Shown here piece after piece: positions 11,086 to 20,755 of a stretch of DNA of 37,673 bases. The stretch comes from Thermoanaerobaculia bacterium (GTDB taxonomy: Bacteria > Acidobacteriota > Thermoanaerobaculia > Multivoradales > UBA5704): NCBI GenBank assembly GCA_044226625.1, contig JBGAGQ010000064.1:1-37673 (forward strand). Direction: 5' to 3'. A model generated the notes under the pieces. That model saw nothing but the letters and a program-made list of their open reading frames with translations, did not search any database and was not told where the DNA came from. Both the position numbers and the translations under genes were made by a program. How positions within the stretch are numbered: position 1 is the stretch's first letter; every line of letters starts with the position of its first letter.

Positions 11086-14000
11086 TCAGATCCCGAGCGC
11101 AGAGAGGTCCGACCCCGATTCCTTGACCGCCTCCTTCGCTTTCTTGAGCTCTTCGGCGTGGCCGGTCTTCTGCGCCGCGATCGCGAGCAGGACGTAGCCT
11201 TCGGTCGAATCGATGTCTTCCCGTTTGAGGATCGCCTTGTTCAACCGCCTGAAAGCCCGATCGAAATCGCCGTGGCGAAGGTCGAGGCGCGATTCGAGGA
11301 GGCGGAGCTCCGTATCCTGCCAGCTGCCGACCCCCGGATCGAGCGCCTTGTCCGCCTTGTCCATCAGGGCTCGCGCTTCGGCCTCGGCGCCGCGGTCGAG
11401 GGCGATCCGCGCGCGGACGAGCTCGATCCGGCCGTCGAGGTCGCGCGCGCTGGACTTGAGGTCGGCGCTGGCCGGCTTGTCGACCGCGTCGCCGCTCCAA
11501 ACTTCGGCCGCCAATGCCTCGTTCAAGAGGCGCGAGGCCTCGTCCAGATCGCCGGCCGCCCATCGGTTCTCCCCCCGGTAACAAAGCATCCGCTTCGGCC
11601 ACCGAGTCTCGTCGAAGAAGCGGCCATAGACCCGCCGGTCCGGATCGAGCGAGAACCTGCGCGGTGGAAAGTCCAGCGGAATGTCGATCGGTACCTTCTC
11701 ACCGCGCAGGAGCATCGAGCCCTTGAGCAGCGCGTTCGGCTCGGGCGGGTCCTTTTGCTTCTTTGCGTCGTCCCGCGCCGGATCGTAGAACGCGACCTGA
11801 ACGGGGACCACGAGGGACAGGTTCGACAGGTCGCCGATCGTGTCGATGCGCTCTCTCGTGATGTCGAATCCGGAACCCGAGTCGACGACCTTGTAGCGGA
11901 AGCGGTAGGGGGTTCCCAAACGCGCCTCTCCCTGGATCCGCCATTTGCCGTCCGTCTGTTGGTTATACCGGTAGGTGTAATAGATCTCCGGCAGACCGGT
12001 TCCTTCGACGAAGCGCGCGACGAACGGGTCGAGGCTCGCTCCGGTGATCCGCTGGATCAGATCGAAGAAGTCGCGGGTAGAGATCGAACGGCCGTCGACC
12101 ACGCGCACCAGCTCGCGCAGGACCTTGGGGAAGTTCTCCGTCCCCAGGCCGCGGGCCAGCATTTCCAGGATCACCGCGCCCTTCTTATAGACGATCGGCT
12201 CGTAGGCGCTGTTCGTCCGGCTGGAGAACAGGCGAGCTCCGAGGACCACGGGACCTACCGAATCGATCGCCCGGCCGTCGGGGAGGGTTCGGGTGAGGGC
12301 CTCCTGCCATCCTGCCGTCGGTCCGACCAGCACGTCGTCGCGGCGGCTTTTCTTGTCTGTCTTGTCTCCGGTCGCGGGCTTGATCTTCTCGTCGAGATAG
12401 AGAAGCGCGGAGTAGTTTGCCATCGCCTCCGAGATCCAGATGTCGCGATCGCTCGCCCAGCCGACGCGATGCCCCCACCACTGGTGGGCGATCTCGTGGG
12501 CAATCACCGTCCGGCGATCCTCGAAGCCCAGCAGCAAGGTCCACAACGACTGCTCGAGCATCATCAGATCGGAGAGGGTGACGAACCCCAGCATCGACTG
12601 GGAAAAAGCGCGCGGAATGGTGACCACAGTGAGCTCGTCGAGCGGATACGGCCCGAACGTCGCCTCGAAATAGCCGAGCGCCTCGGCGACCGTATCGCCG
12701 ATCTCCTTGCGGCTGTCGTTCCCCTGCGAGCGGCCGGTGGGGTCGAACGCGACGCTCAGCGCGACGTGCCCGACCTGGCGTGTCTCGACCGAGAACTTGC
12801 CGATCTCGAACGTGTATCCCCAGGTGGAAAGGTCAAGCCGACGGTGTTCCCATTTAGCACCTTGCGCCTCTCCGCCGTCGATCCGTCGACCGGGCGCCAG
12901 AAGATCGAACCGTCGCGGCCAATGGAACGTCGCCTCATAGGTAGCCCGATCGAGCTGGCCGACGTGCGGGTACCAGTTCTGGGTGTCTCTCAGGGCGTAC
13001 GACTTGGCGTCGCCGTCGAGCGCCCGTCCTTCGTATTCGACGGCGAGTGAGAACGTCGCGTCGCCCTGCGGTGCGGCGGGGAGCACAGCCGAGAGCTCCC
13101 CTCCCGAACGTTGGATCGGCAGCTTCTCGCCGTTCCAGCGCACGGCGCGCACCTCGAAGTCGCGGGGCAGGCGGATCTCCACCGACCGCACGCCGGGGAC
13201 GATGGGCCTGAGGTCGATCGTCGCCACGGCTTTGATCTTCTCGACATCGTCGTCCACCGTGACGTCGAGCGCATAGTGAACCGGTTCGAACGGCGCGGCT
13301 CCCGGGGCGGGCTTACCCTCCTTGGTGCGTAGGGAGGTCGAGACCCACGTATCCCATTGGCCCAGGTCCTCGAGCTCGATGCCGATCAACCGTCCTCGCC
13401 GTTGCTCCCGCGCGATCTGGCGGAGGATTTTCCGCTTCTCCTTCTCGGTCGCCTCGATCGGCACGAACTGTCCGAGCGTCACCTGCTCGTCGGCCTGGGG
13501 ATCGACGACGTAGAGGAATTGTCCTCGCTCCGCGCCATGAAACCGGCCGGCGAACAGGTTCTGGTACGGCGCGTCGCCGAGCGCGTCGGACCACAGCGCA
13601 CCTCGGATATCAAGCAGCTCGCGCTCGGGGCCTTTCTGCCATGCCTGGTAGAGCTCGCCGGCACGCCGGACCTCGTCCCCGTCGAGCGCCGCGGCCGGGC
13701 GCTTGAGCAGCGCTTCCACGGCCCGCGTCTGGCCGAAGACCAGGATCGCCTGGTCGAATGACTCCTCCAAGTCCGCCGCGCCTGTGAACAGCTCGAGCTG
13801 ACCGGCTTCGATCTCGTTCGGCGCCGCCAACGAGATACTCCCCTGTCCGAAGAAGACCAACTCCCGCACCTCTCCGCCGGCCGGCGATACGGGGATCAAC
13901 TTCCCCTCGAGCGTCAGCGTGGCGGGGCCCGCGGCGAGTTTCACTCTCTTGAGCGCGACCGCCTTGTCCGGCTGGACCGTCGCCGCGTCGATCTCGGCGA

Positions 14001-14100
14001 GAAGCGCCTTGGGATCGGCGGCAGCGGGATGTTGCGCGGAGAGCGAGGCAACACCGACGAAAAGGGAAGCGGCAAGAAGGATCGAAAAGCGGTTGCCCAT
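11086..14100 (-). CDS. Secreted M1-family (gluzincin) metallopeptidase with helical/TPR-like C-terminus
   Basis: HEIAH..W..ISEAMA (HExxH-x18-E), downstream YKKGA tyrosine, FGPYP; signal peptide. Confidence 0.85.
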   Translation of the reverse strand: MGNRFSILLAASLFVGVASLSAQHPAAADPKALLAEIDAATVQPDKAVALKRVKLAAGPATLTLEGKLIPVSPAGGEVRELVFFGQGSISLAAPNEIEAGQLELFTGAADLEESFDQAILVFGQTRAVEALLKRPAAALDGDEVRRAGELYQAWQKGPERELLDIRGALWSDALGDAPYQNLFAGRFHGAERGQFLYVVDPQADEQVTLGQFVPIEATEKEKRKILRQIAREQRRGRLIGIELEDLGQWDTWVSTSLRTKEGKPAPGAAPFEPVHYALDVTVDDDVEKIKAVATIDLRPIVPGVRSVEIRLPRDFEVRAVRWNGEKLPIQRSGGELSAVLPAAPQGDATFSLAVEYEGRALDGDAKSYALRDTQNWYPHVGQLDRATYEATFHWPRRFDLLAPGRRIDGGEAQGAKWEHRRLDLSTWGYTFEIGKFSVETRQVGHVALSVAFDPTGRSQGNDSRKEIGDTVAEALGYFEATFGPYPLDELTVVTIPRAFSQSMLGFVTLSDLMMLEQSLWTLLLGFEDRRTVIAHEIAHQWWGHRVGWASDRDIWISEAMANYSALLYLDEKIKPATGDKTDKKSRRDDVLVGPTAGWQEALTRTLPDGRAIDSVGPVVLGARLFSSRTNSAYEPIVYKKGAVILEMLARGLGTENFPKVLRELVRVVDGRSISTRDFFDLIQRITGASLDPFVARFVEGTGLPEIYYTYRYNQQTDGKWRIQGEARLGTPYRFRYKVVDSGSGFDITRERIDTIGDLSNLSLVVPVQVAFYDPARDDAKKQKDPPEPNALLKGSMLLRGEKVPIDIPLDFPPRRFSLDPDRRVYGRFFDETRWPKRMLCYRGENRWAAGDLDEASRLLNEALAAEVWSGDAVDKPASADLKSSARDLDGRIELVRARIALDRGAEAEARALMDKADKALDPGVGSWQDTELRLLESRLDLRHGDFDRAFRRLNKAILKREDIDSTEGYVLLAIAAQKTGHAEELKKAKEAVKESGSDLSALGI

Positions 14101-14133
14101 GGGGAGTGCCTTTGCGGGAAAGGACGGCGTTTG

Positions 14134-15336
14134 TTAGACACCCGGAGCGGGCGCACCGTTGGCTTCACTGGCTCGGCCCGGCAGCGAAAGGGCCACACTG
14201 AGCCCCGCGGCAAGCGCCGCGATGGCGCCGAAGTCGAACGCCAACGAGGGGCCGCGCGCCTGCCAGAGCGCGCCGAACAACAGCGAAGCGGGCAGCGCGC
14301 CGAGACCCAGCGCGAGGTTGTACCAACCGAATGCCGCGCCCCGCCGCTCGGCGGGCACGAGGTCGGCGACTAGCGCCTTCTCAACCCCTTCGGTGAGGCC
14401 GAAATAGATCCCGTAGACGCCGAACAGCGCCCACGCATGCCACACGGCGGTGGCCCGGCCGAAGGCGAAATAGACCGCGGCGTAGACCAACCAGCCGCCG
14501 ACGATCAACGGCTTTCTCCCCAGCCGGTCGGAAAGCGCCCCGCCGGGCGTGCTCGAAACTGACTTCACGACGTGAAGCGCCGCCCAGAGGATGGGAATCC
14601 AGGCCGCCGAAACGCCGAGCTGCGAAGCGCGCAGGAGCAGAAAGGCGTCGGTCGAGTTGCCGAGGGTGAAGAGCAGGAGCAGCGCGAGAAAGGTCCAGAA
14701 CTTCCTCGGCAACCGGGTGTGGGGATCGAACGCGGCACGCTTGGGAGGCTCGCGGCGCGGCACCTCGCGGACGCCCCACAAAGCGGCCGCCACCGCGAGC
14801 AGGCCCGGAACGATCGTCCAGACGAAGAGCTGGCGCAGCGAGATCCCGGCGCCGCGCAGGAGCGCGAAGGCGACCAGCGGTCCAATCACCGCGCCCAGAT
14901 GGTCCGCCGAGCGCTGGAACCCGAACGCGAGGCCGCGCGCCTCCGGCGCCACCGAATCGGCGATCAGTGCATCGCGCGGAGCGCCGCGGATTCCTTTGCC
15001 CACCCGGTCGGTCATCCGGATCGCGAGGACTTGGCCGGCCGAGCTCGCCAACCCGATCAGGGGCCGGACGAGCGTGGCGATCGCGTACCCGGCGACGACC
15101 AGCGGCTTCCTTCGACGCAGGCGATCCGACCACCAGCCCGAGGCAAGCTTGAGAAGCGCGGCCGTCGACTCCGCCGCCCCTTCGATCGCCCCCACCGCGA
15201 GCGCCCCCGCACCGAGCACCGTCGAGAGGAAAATCGGCAGGAGCGGATAGATCATCTCGCTCGCCGCATCCGTGAAGAGGCTCACGGCGGAGAGCGCGAA
15301 GACGTTGCGCCCAAGTCTCGGCTTCGTTTTGGCCAT
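14134..15336 (-). CDS. MFS transporter
   Basis: About 12 hydrophobic segments; motif A-like GWWSDRLRRRK and GALSDRLGRK. Confidence 0.93.
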   Translation of the reverse strand: MAKTKPRLGRNVFALSAVSLFTDAASEMIYPLLPIFLSTVLGAGALAVGAIEGAAESTAALLKLASGWWSDRLRRRKPLVVAGYAIATLVRPLIGLASSAGQVLAIRMTDRVGKGIRGAPRDALIADSVAPEARGLAFGFQRSADHLGAVIGPLVAFALLRGAGISLRQLFVWTIVPGLLAVAAALWGVREVPRREPPKRAAFDPHTRLPRKFWTFLALLLLFTLGNSTDAFLLLRASQLGVSAAWIPILWAALHVVKSVSSTPGGALSDRLGRKPLIVGGWLVYAAVYFAFGRATAVWHAWALFGVYGIYFGLTEGVEKALVADLVPAERRGAAFGWYNLALGLGALPASLLFGALWQARGPSLAFDFGAIAALAAGLSVALSLPGRASEANGAPAPGV

Positions 15337-15422
15337 GTTGAAGCGGAGCGTATCAGCGGAAAACCGCCGGCCGGCCGCCGGACGTCGCAGCGCTCCAACC
15401 CCTTGTACGGGAATTCAGAACG

Positions 15423-17033
15423 TCAGCCTGTCTCCGCGCCTCGCCGAAGCCGTAGAACCGCCGCACCGATCAGCAGGGCGCAGAGCCCGAGCAGGCCGAC
15501 TGGCGAAGACATCGGCACCTCGACCGATTCCAATTCGGCCTCGACCGCGCCCAGATCGATTGCCGGGCCGACAATCCTCGCAAAACCTCGCTGGTCGGTC
15601 GCGGGCGGGCTTGGAATGGCGGGATTGCCCGCGTTGAGCACGGGGCTCCCGGACAGCGGAATGTGGGTTTCCGTCGGGCCGCCGTTGTCCGCGAGCGGCC
15701 CGAGCCGAGGATCGATTCCGATCAGGTTGTGGCCTCCCGAAAGAATCGCGGTCCCGAGATTCCCGACCAGGGTGTAGTTGGCCGTGATCGAGGCGGGATC
15801 GTTGGACACGATCAGGTCCACCGACGGGTTGGCCAGAATGGAGTGATCGAGCTGGACCACGTCGGGAGCCGAGAGGGTTCCAACCACGAGGCCACCTCCT
15901 CCGCCGAGCGACCGATTGGCGGTCACCGTCGTGTGGCGAAGGAGGAGTGAGCCCCCCGCGCCTTCGGTGAAGTAGACCCCACCGCCGGATGTGTACGAGA
16001 AGTTCCCCGAAACCGTGCTGTCGATCAGTTGCAGATCGGTACCCGCACTGCCGATCCCCCCACCGAACGCCGCGTTGTTTTCCGAAACCGTGCTGTTCTC
16101 AATCCGAATCTCGCCGCCGAGGCTTGTGATTCCTCCGCCGTTCCCGAAGATCGCGGCGGAGTTCAAGGTGATCGTGCTCGACTCGAGGGTCAGGCTCCCC
16201 CCGGAGCTCAAGGATGCGTAGATTCCACCGCCGAGGTACGTTCCGCCGTTGCCGGTGATCGTCGACAGGACGATTGAGCTCGCGGTGCCAGAGCTGAGCC
16301 AGAGGCCCCCACCCCCGCCAAACCCTCCGCCGCAGTTGCCGCTGGACAACGTGCTTCGTTCGAGATGGAGCGTCCCTGAATCGACGCAGAGATTGCCGCC
16401 GGCTCCGGACTCCGTCCGACCCGTTGCAAGCAGTGTATTGACGATTCGCAGCGTCCCTCCGTCCACGCCTCCGAGGCCCAGGAGAGCCACGTTTCCGCCG
16501 CAGTTTCTCGTCGCGGCGGAGAAGGAATAGGCCCGGCTTTCCGAGACCACGACGGCCTCGAGGGTGAGGTTCTCGCCGTGCGAAAAGATCGCTCCGCCGT
16601 AAGGAAACGGATCTCCGGAAGGGCTCAGGTGGGCACCGCGGGTGATCGTCATTCCTGAGAGCGTGACATCGATTGGCACGGTGGCGCCGCTGTTTTCAAC
16701 GAGAAAGATCCTTGACAGCCCGTTGGCATCGAGCGTCAGCGCCCCCAGTCCGGGACCGACGATCCCCAGAGAGTCCGAGATCGCGATCGCGCCCGAAGTG
16801 AAGGAAATCGTGCCGGTCACACCCGACGCAAAGGCCACGTTGTCCGCCCCTGCCGCGGCGTTCGCGTCGAGAACCGCCTGGCGCAGGCTGCCGGTCCCCG
16901 AATCGTCCAAGTTCGTGACGGTAAACGTTGAGGCCTGCACTCCCGCAACGATCCAGAACGTCAACGCCACGAACGACGCAGAGCGAGCGCATGACGGGCG
17001 GGAGAGGAGCTTGAATCCGGCGGGATCGACCAT
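15423..17033 (-). CDS. Surface beta-helix protein with choice-of-anchor Q domain and IPTL-CTERM-like sorting signal
   Basis: GGAGGTG RBS; signal peptide; VTNLDDSGTGSLRQA; GGAI/GGGI repeats; DPRLGPLADNGGPTETH..DQRG..DLGAVE; C-terminal VPMSSPVGL + TM + RLRR. Confidence 0.85.
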   Translation of the reverse strand: MVDPAGFKLLSRPSCARSASFVALTFWIVAGVQASTFTVTNLDDSGTGSLRQAVLDANAAAGADNVAFASGVTGTISFTSGAIAISDSLGIVGPGLGALTLDANGLSRIFLVENSGATVPIDVTLSGMTITRGAHLSPSGDPFPYGGAIFSHGENLTLEAVVVSESRAYSFSAATRNCGGNVALLGLGGVDGGTLRIVNTLLATGRTESGAGGNLCVDSGTLHLERSTLSSGNCGGGFGGGGGLWLSSGTASSIVLSTITGNGGTYLGGGIYASLSSGGSLTLESSTITLNSAAIFGNGGGITSLGGEIRIENSTVSENNAAFGGGIGSAGTDLQLIDSTVSGNFSYTSGGGVYFTEGAGGSLLLRHTTVTANRSLGGGGGLVVGTLSAPDVVQLDHSILANPSVDLIVSNDPASITANYTLVGNLGTAILSGGHNLIGIDPRLGPLADNGGPTETHIPLSGSPVLNAGNPAIPSPPATDQRGFARIVGPAIDLGAVEAELESVEVPMSSPVGLLGLCALLIGAAVLRLRRGAETG

Positions 17034-17125
17034 CGGTTCACCTCCACGGGGGCGTCCAGTCCCGCGATTAGGAATCTCCTTTTATCACTCAAGAGGCGAA
17101 AGAGGTATCTCGGCCTGCAACTACC

Positions 17126-17163
17126 AAAAGACGACGGCCGGCGGAGGAATCCGCCGGCCGTCG
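17126..17163 (-). terminator. Rho-independent terminator of the ribosomal cluster
   Basis: 14-bp perfect stem CGACGGCCGGCGGA/TCCGCCGGCCGTCG followed by TCTTTT on the minus strand, 31 nt after the rplQ stop. Confidence 0.85.
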
Positions 17164-17194
17164 AGGAGAGCTTCTTTGGAGATGAAAGCTGGGC

Positions 17195-17737
17195 TTACGA
17201 GCCCATCTTTCGCGGCGCCGTCTTCTGGCCACCGCCAGCCGGCTTGGACCGAGTCTGCGCCTTGGCTTTCGGCGCCTTCTCTTTTTTGACCTTGGGCGCT
17301 TCGTCCGTGGTCTTCTTCTTCGGGGCCGCCGGTTTCTTCGCCTTCGCGGTCTTCTCCGGGGCGGGAGTCGGAGCTTCCGCGCCCTTCTCGACCATCTCGA
17401 TCAGCGCCATCTCCGCGCCGTCGCCCGGACGGGGTCCGAGCTTGACAATCCGGAGGTAGCCACCCGGCCGCTCGGCGAAGCGCGGCGCGATGTCGTCGAA
17501 CACCTTCTTGACGAGATCGCGGCTGCCGAGCCAGCGGAGCGCCCAACGACGGGCGTGGATAGTGCCCTGCTTGCCGCGGGTGATGACCCGCTCCGCGAGC
17601 GGACGGATCTCCTTCGCTTTCGGCAGGGTGGTGATGATCCGCTCCGCCAACATCAGCGACTGGATCTGGTTCTTGAAAAGGGCCTGCCGGTGCGACGTGC
17701 TCCGCCCCAGCCGCGACCCTCGATACGCGTGACGCAT
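17195..17737 (-). CDS. rplQ: 50S ribosomal protein L17 with Lys/Ala-rich tail
   Basis: MRH...LGR, ITTLPKAKE, GGYLRIVK, R.GDGAEMA. Confidence 0.97.
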   Translation of the reverse strand: MRHAYRGSRLGRSTSHRQALFKNQIQSLMLAERIITTLPKAKEIRPLAERVITRGKQGTIHARRWALRWLGSRDLVKKVFDDIAPRFAERPGGYLRIVKLGPRPGDGAEMALIEMVEKGAEAPTPAPEKTAKAKKPAAPKKKTTDEAPKVKKEKAPKAKAQTRSKPAGGGQKTAPRKMGS

Positions 17738-17745
17738 GGCTGCTC

Positions 17746-18723
17746 CTAGGCGGACGCGCCGCTGGACGAGACGTTCATCCCGAGCGAGAGGCCCAACTTG
17801 TCCAAAACCTCCTGGACCTCTTCGAGGGACTTACGGCCGAAGTTCTTGGTCTCCAACATCTCCTTCTCCGTACGCCGGACCAGATCGCGCAGGTTGTGGA
17901 TGTTGGCGTTCTTGAGCGAGTTGGCGGACCGGACCGAGAGGTCGAGCTCGTCGATCGTCTTGGCGAGGATCTGGTCGAGACCGGCCAGGTCCTCCCGTCC
18001 ACCCTCGCCGCCGATCTCGCGCAGGCTCTCCTCGGTCTGGATGTAGATCCCGAGGTGCTCCTTGAGCAGCATCGCGGCGAGCGAGACCGCCTCTTCCGGG
18101 GCGACCGTACCGTTGGTCGTCACGTCGAGAACGAGCTTCTCGTAGTCCGTGGTCTGACCGAGACGCGCCGCGCCGACCCGGAAGTTCACGCGCCGGACCG
18201 GGCTGTGGGCCGAGTCGACCGGAATCCAGCCGATGCCGAGCGACTCGTCGAAGTTGCGGTCGGCCGAGACGTAGCCGCGGCCGCGCTCGATCTTGACCTG
18301 CAGCTTGAACCGCGCCTCTTCGTTCAAGGTCGCGATGTGGATGTTCGGATCGATGATCTCGACCTGCGGATCATCGGCCATGTGCTTGGCGGTCACCTTG
18401 CCCGGACCCGTGACGTCGATCGCCAAGACCTTGGCGTCTTCGCCGTGGAGCCGGATCGGCACCTGCTTCAAGTTCAGGATGATGTCCGTGACGTCTTCGA
18501 CCACGCCCGGCACCGAGGAGAACTCGTGGAGCACGCCCTCGATGTGGACCGCGGTGATCGCCGCCCCTTCGATCGAAGAGAGGAGGCAGCGGCGCAACGC
18601 GTTGCCCATGGTGGTGGCGAAGCCGCGCTCGAACGGCTGAGCCGTGAACTTGCCGTAGCTCGCCGTCAGCGTTTCTTTTTCTATTTCGACGCGCCGTGGG
18701 CGCTGAAAACCCTTCCAAAGCAT
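17746..18723 (-). CDS. rpoA: RNA polymerase alpha subunit
   Basis: PFERGF..T.GNALRR.LLSS, LHEFS, RGRGY, LSVRSAN.L, NFGRKSL. Confidence 0.98.
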   Translation of the reverse strand: MLWKGFQRPRRVEIEKETLTASYGKFTAQPFERGFATTMGNALRRCLLSSIEGAAITAVHIEGVLHEFSSVPGVVEDVTDIILNLKQVPIRLHGEDAKVLAIDVTGPGKVTAKHMADDPQVEIIDPNIHIATLNEEARFKLQVKIERGRGYVSADRNFDESLGIGWIPVDSAHSPVRRVNFRVGAARLGQTTDYEKLVLDVTTNGTVAPEEAVSLAAMLLKEHLGIYIQTEESLREIGGEGGREDLAGLDQILAKTIDELDLSVRSANSLKNANIHNLRDLVRRTEKEMLETKNFGRKSLEEVQEVLDKLGLSLGMNVSSSGASA

Positions 18724-18756
18724 TCTCGCAGGCTCCTTCGCGTTGTTGCCGACGGT

Positions 18757-19386
18757 TTATCGGCTGTACAGCTCGACGATCAACTGCTCCTGAATCGGCA
18801 GCTTGATGTCTTCGCGCACGGGAAGACGCAAGACCCTGCCCGCAACGTTGTCGGCATCCAGCTCCAGCCACTCCGGGATACCGCGGCCGCGGGCGGTTTC
18901 GACGCTCGAGCGGACCAGCGGATTCTTCTTGCTCGCCTCTTTCACCGTGATCGCGTGGCTCGCTTTCACCTGGTAGGAAGGCACCGAGACCTTTCGACCG
19001 TCGATCAGCACGTGGCCGTGACGGACCAGCTGGCGCGCCTGAGCGCGCGACCCGGCGAAGCCGAGGCTGAAGATCACGTTGTCCAAGCGCCGCTCCAGCA
19101 TGATCAGGAGGTTCTCGCCGGTGATTCCCTTCCGCCGGTCGGCTTCGGCGAAATAGGTTCGGAACTGGCTCTCCAGCACGCCGTAAATGCGCTTGACCTT
19201 CTGCTTCTCGCGCAGCTGTAGGCCGTAGCCCTGGATCCGACGGCCGCGGCGGTTGCCGTGCTGGCCCGGGGGATAGGCCCGGCGCTCGATCGCGCACTTT
19301 TCCTTGAAGCAGCGGTCACCCTTGAGGAACAACTTGATCCGCTCACGCCGACAGAGCCGGCAAACGGGTCCGGAATATCTTGCCAC
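18757..19386 (-). CDS. rpsD: 30S ribosomal protein S4 (Zn-binding form)
   Basis: [45 protein letters not shown]. Confidence 0.98.
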   Translation of the reverse strand: MARYSGPVCRLCRRERIKLFLKGDRCFKEKCAIERRAYPPGQHGNRRGRRIQGYGLQLREKQKVKRIYGVLESQFRTYFAEADRRKGITGENLLIMLERRLDNVIFSLGFAGSRAQARQLVRHGHVLIDGRKVSVPSYQVKASHAITVKEASKKNPLVRSSVETARGRGIPEWLELDADNVAGRVLRLPVREDIKLPIQEQLIVELYSR

Positions 19387-19501
19387 TGTGATTCTCCTGA
19401 CGTCCTCTCCTCGACGCTACGAGGAATTCTTCTGAGGAAGACGTCGGCGAGCGCCCCGGAACACCCGAGGCTGATCGACTCGCCCGTCCCTCGGCCGCGA
19501 T

Positions 19502-19906
19502 TTAGACGCGGCGGCGCTTGCGCGGCCGGCAGCCGTTGTGCGGAATCGGCGTCACGTCACGGATCGACTTGACCTCGATGCCGGAGGCCTGCAGGGCGCG
19601 CACCGCGGACTCGCGGCCGGCTCCCGGACCCTTGACCAGCACGTCGACCGTACGAACACCCGAATCCTTGGCGCTGTTGCCCGCGCTCTGCGCGGCCACC
19701 TGCGCCGCGAACGGCGTGCCTTTGCGCGAGCCCTTGAACCCGATGCGGCCCGCCGACGACCAGGAAAGGACGTGCCCTTCCGGATCGGAGATCGAGACGA
19801 TCGTGTTGTTGAAGGTGGCCTGGATGTGCACCACGCCGTGCGGCACGTTGCGCCGCTCCTTCTTCTTGCCCGCCTTGCGATCCTTCTTTGGAGCTGCCTT
19901 CGCCAT
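19502..19906 (-). CDS. rpsK: 30S ribosomal protein S11
   Basis: [33 protein letters not shown]. Confidence 0.98.
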   Translation of the reverse strand: MAKAAPKKDRKAGKKKERRNVPHGVVHIQATFNNTIVSISDPEGHVLSWSSAGRIGFKGSRKGTPFAAQVAAQSAGNSAKDSGVRTVDVLVKGPGAGRESAVRALQASGIEVKSIRDVTPIPHNGCRPRKRRRV

Positions 19907-19974
19907 GATTCTCCCTAAAAGGGCTCATCCGCTCGCGTAGCCACGGAGCGGAAAGCTCCCGGTCCTTACTTCTT

Positions 19975-20358
19975 CTACTTCTTCGTCGCTTTCTTCTTGC
20001 CGGCGACCGCGCCGCGACGCGGACCCTTCCGGGTGCGCGCGTTGGTCGACGTCCGCTGGCCGCGAACCGGCAGGTTCTTGCGGTGACGGACGCCACGATA
20101 GGAGCCGATCTCCATCAGGCGCTTGATGTTCTGGCTGACCTCCTTGCGGAGATCGCCCTCGACGCGCCCCTCGTCCGTGATCACCTTACGGATCCGGCGC
20201 GCCTCGTCCTCGGTGAGGTCCTTGACCCGGGTGACTTCGGGAACCTCCGCCTCGGCGAGGATCTTCTTCGAGCGCGTACGGCCGATGCCGTAGATGTAGG
20301 TCAGTCCGATCCAAACCTGCTTGTTCTGGGGCAGGTCCACTCCTGCGATACGTGCCAT
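19975..20358 (-). CDS. rpsM: 30S ribosomal protein S13
   Basis: [34 protein letters not shown]. Confidence 0.98.
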   Translation of the reverse strand: MARIAGVDLPQNKQVWIGLTYIYGIGRTRSKKILAEAEVPEVTRVKDLTEDEARRIRKVITDEGRVEGDLRKEVSQNIKRLMEIGSYRGVRHRKNLPVRGQRTSTNARTRKGPRRGAVAGKKKATKK

Positions 20359-20373
20359 AGCTCGTTCCTTGAC

Positions 20374-20487
20374 CTATCCCTGACGCTGCTTGTGTTTTGC
20401 GTTCTCGCAGATCACCCGCACCACGCCCTTGCGGCGGACGACCTTGCACTTCGGGCAAATCCGTTTGACCGACGTCCGTACTTTCAT
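20374..20487 (-). CDS. rpmJ: 50S ribosomal protein L36 (Zn-binding form)
   Basis: Below the ORF-track cutoff; translated by hand: [37 protein letters not shown]; AAGGAG RBS. Confidence 0.97.
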   Translation of the reverse strand: MKVRTSVKRICPKCKVVRRKGVVRVICENAKHKQRQG

Positions 20488-20508
20488 TTCCTGCTCCTTC
20501 GTCCGCGC

Positions 20509-20730
20509 CTACTTCAAGCGGTACACGATTCGACCGCGGTTCAAGTCGTACGGCGAGAGCTCGACGAGAACTCGATCGCCGGGCAAGATCCGGATGAAAT
20601 GCTTGCGCATTTTGCCCGAGATGTGCGCCAGAACCTGGTGTTTGTTCTCGAGCTCGACGCGGAACATCGCGTTCGGCAGCGGCTCGACCACCACCGCCTC
20701 GACCTCGATCGCCTCTTCTTTCTTCGACAA
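20509..20730 (-). CDS. infA: Translation initiation factor IF-1
   Basis: [31 protein letters not shown]; TTG start. Confidence 0.98.
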   Translation of the reverse strand: MSKKEEAIEVEAVVVEPLPNAMFRVELENKHQVLAHISGKMRKHFIRILPGDRVLVELSPYDLNRGRIVYRLK

Positions 20731-20755
20731 ATTTCGCTCCCGCTCGTCCCGGGCC

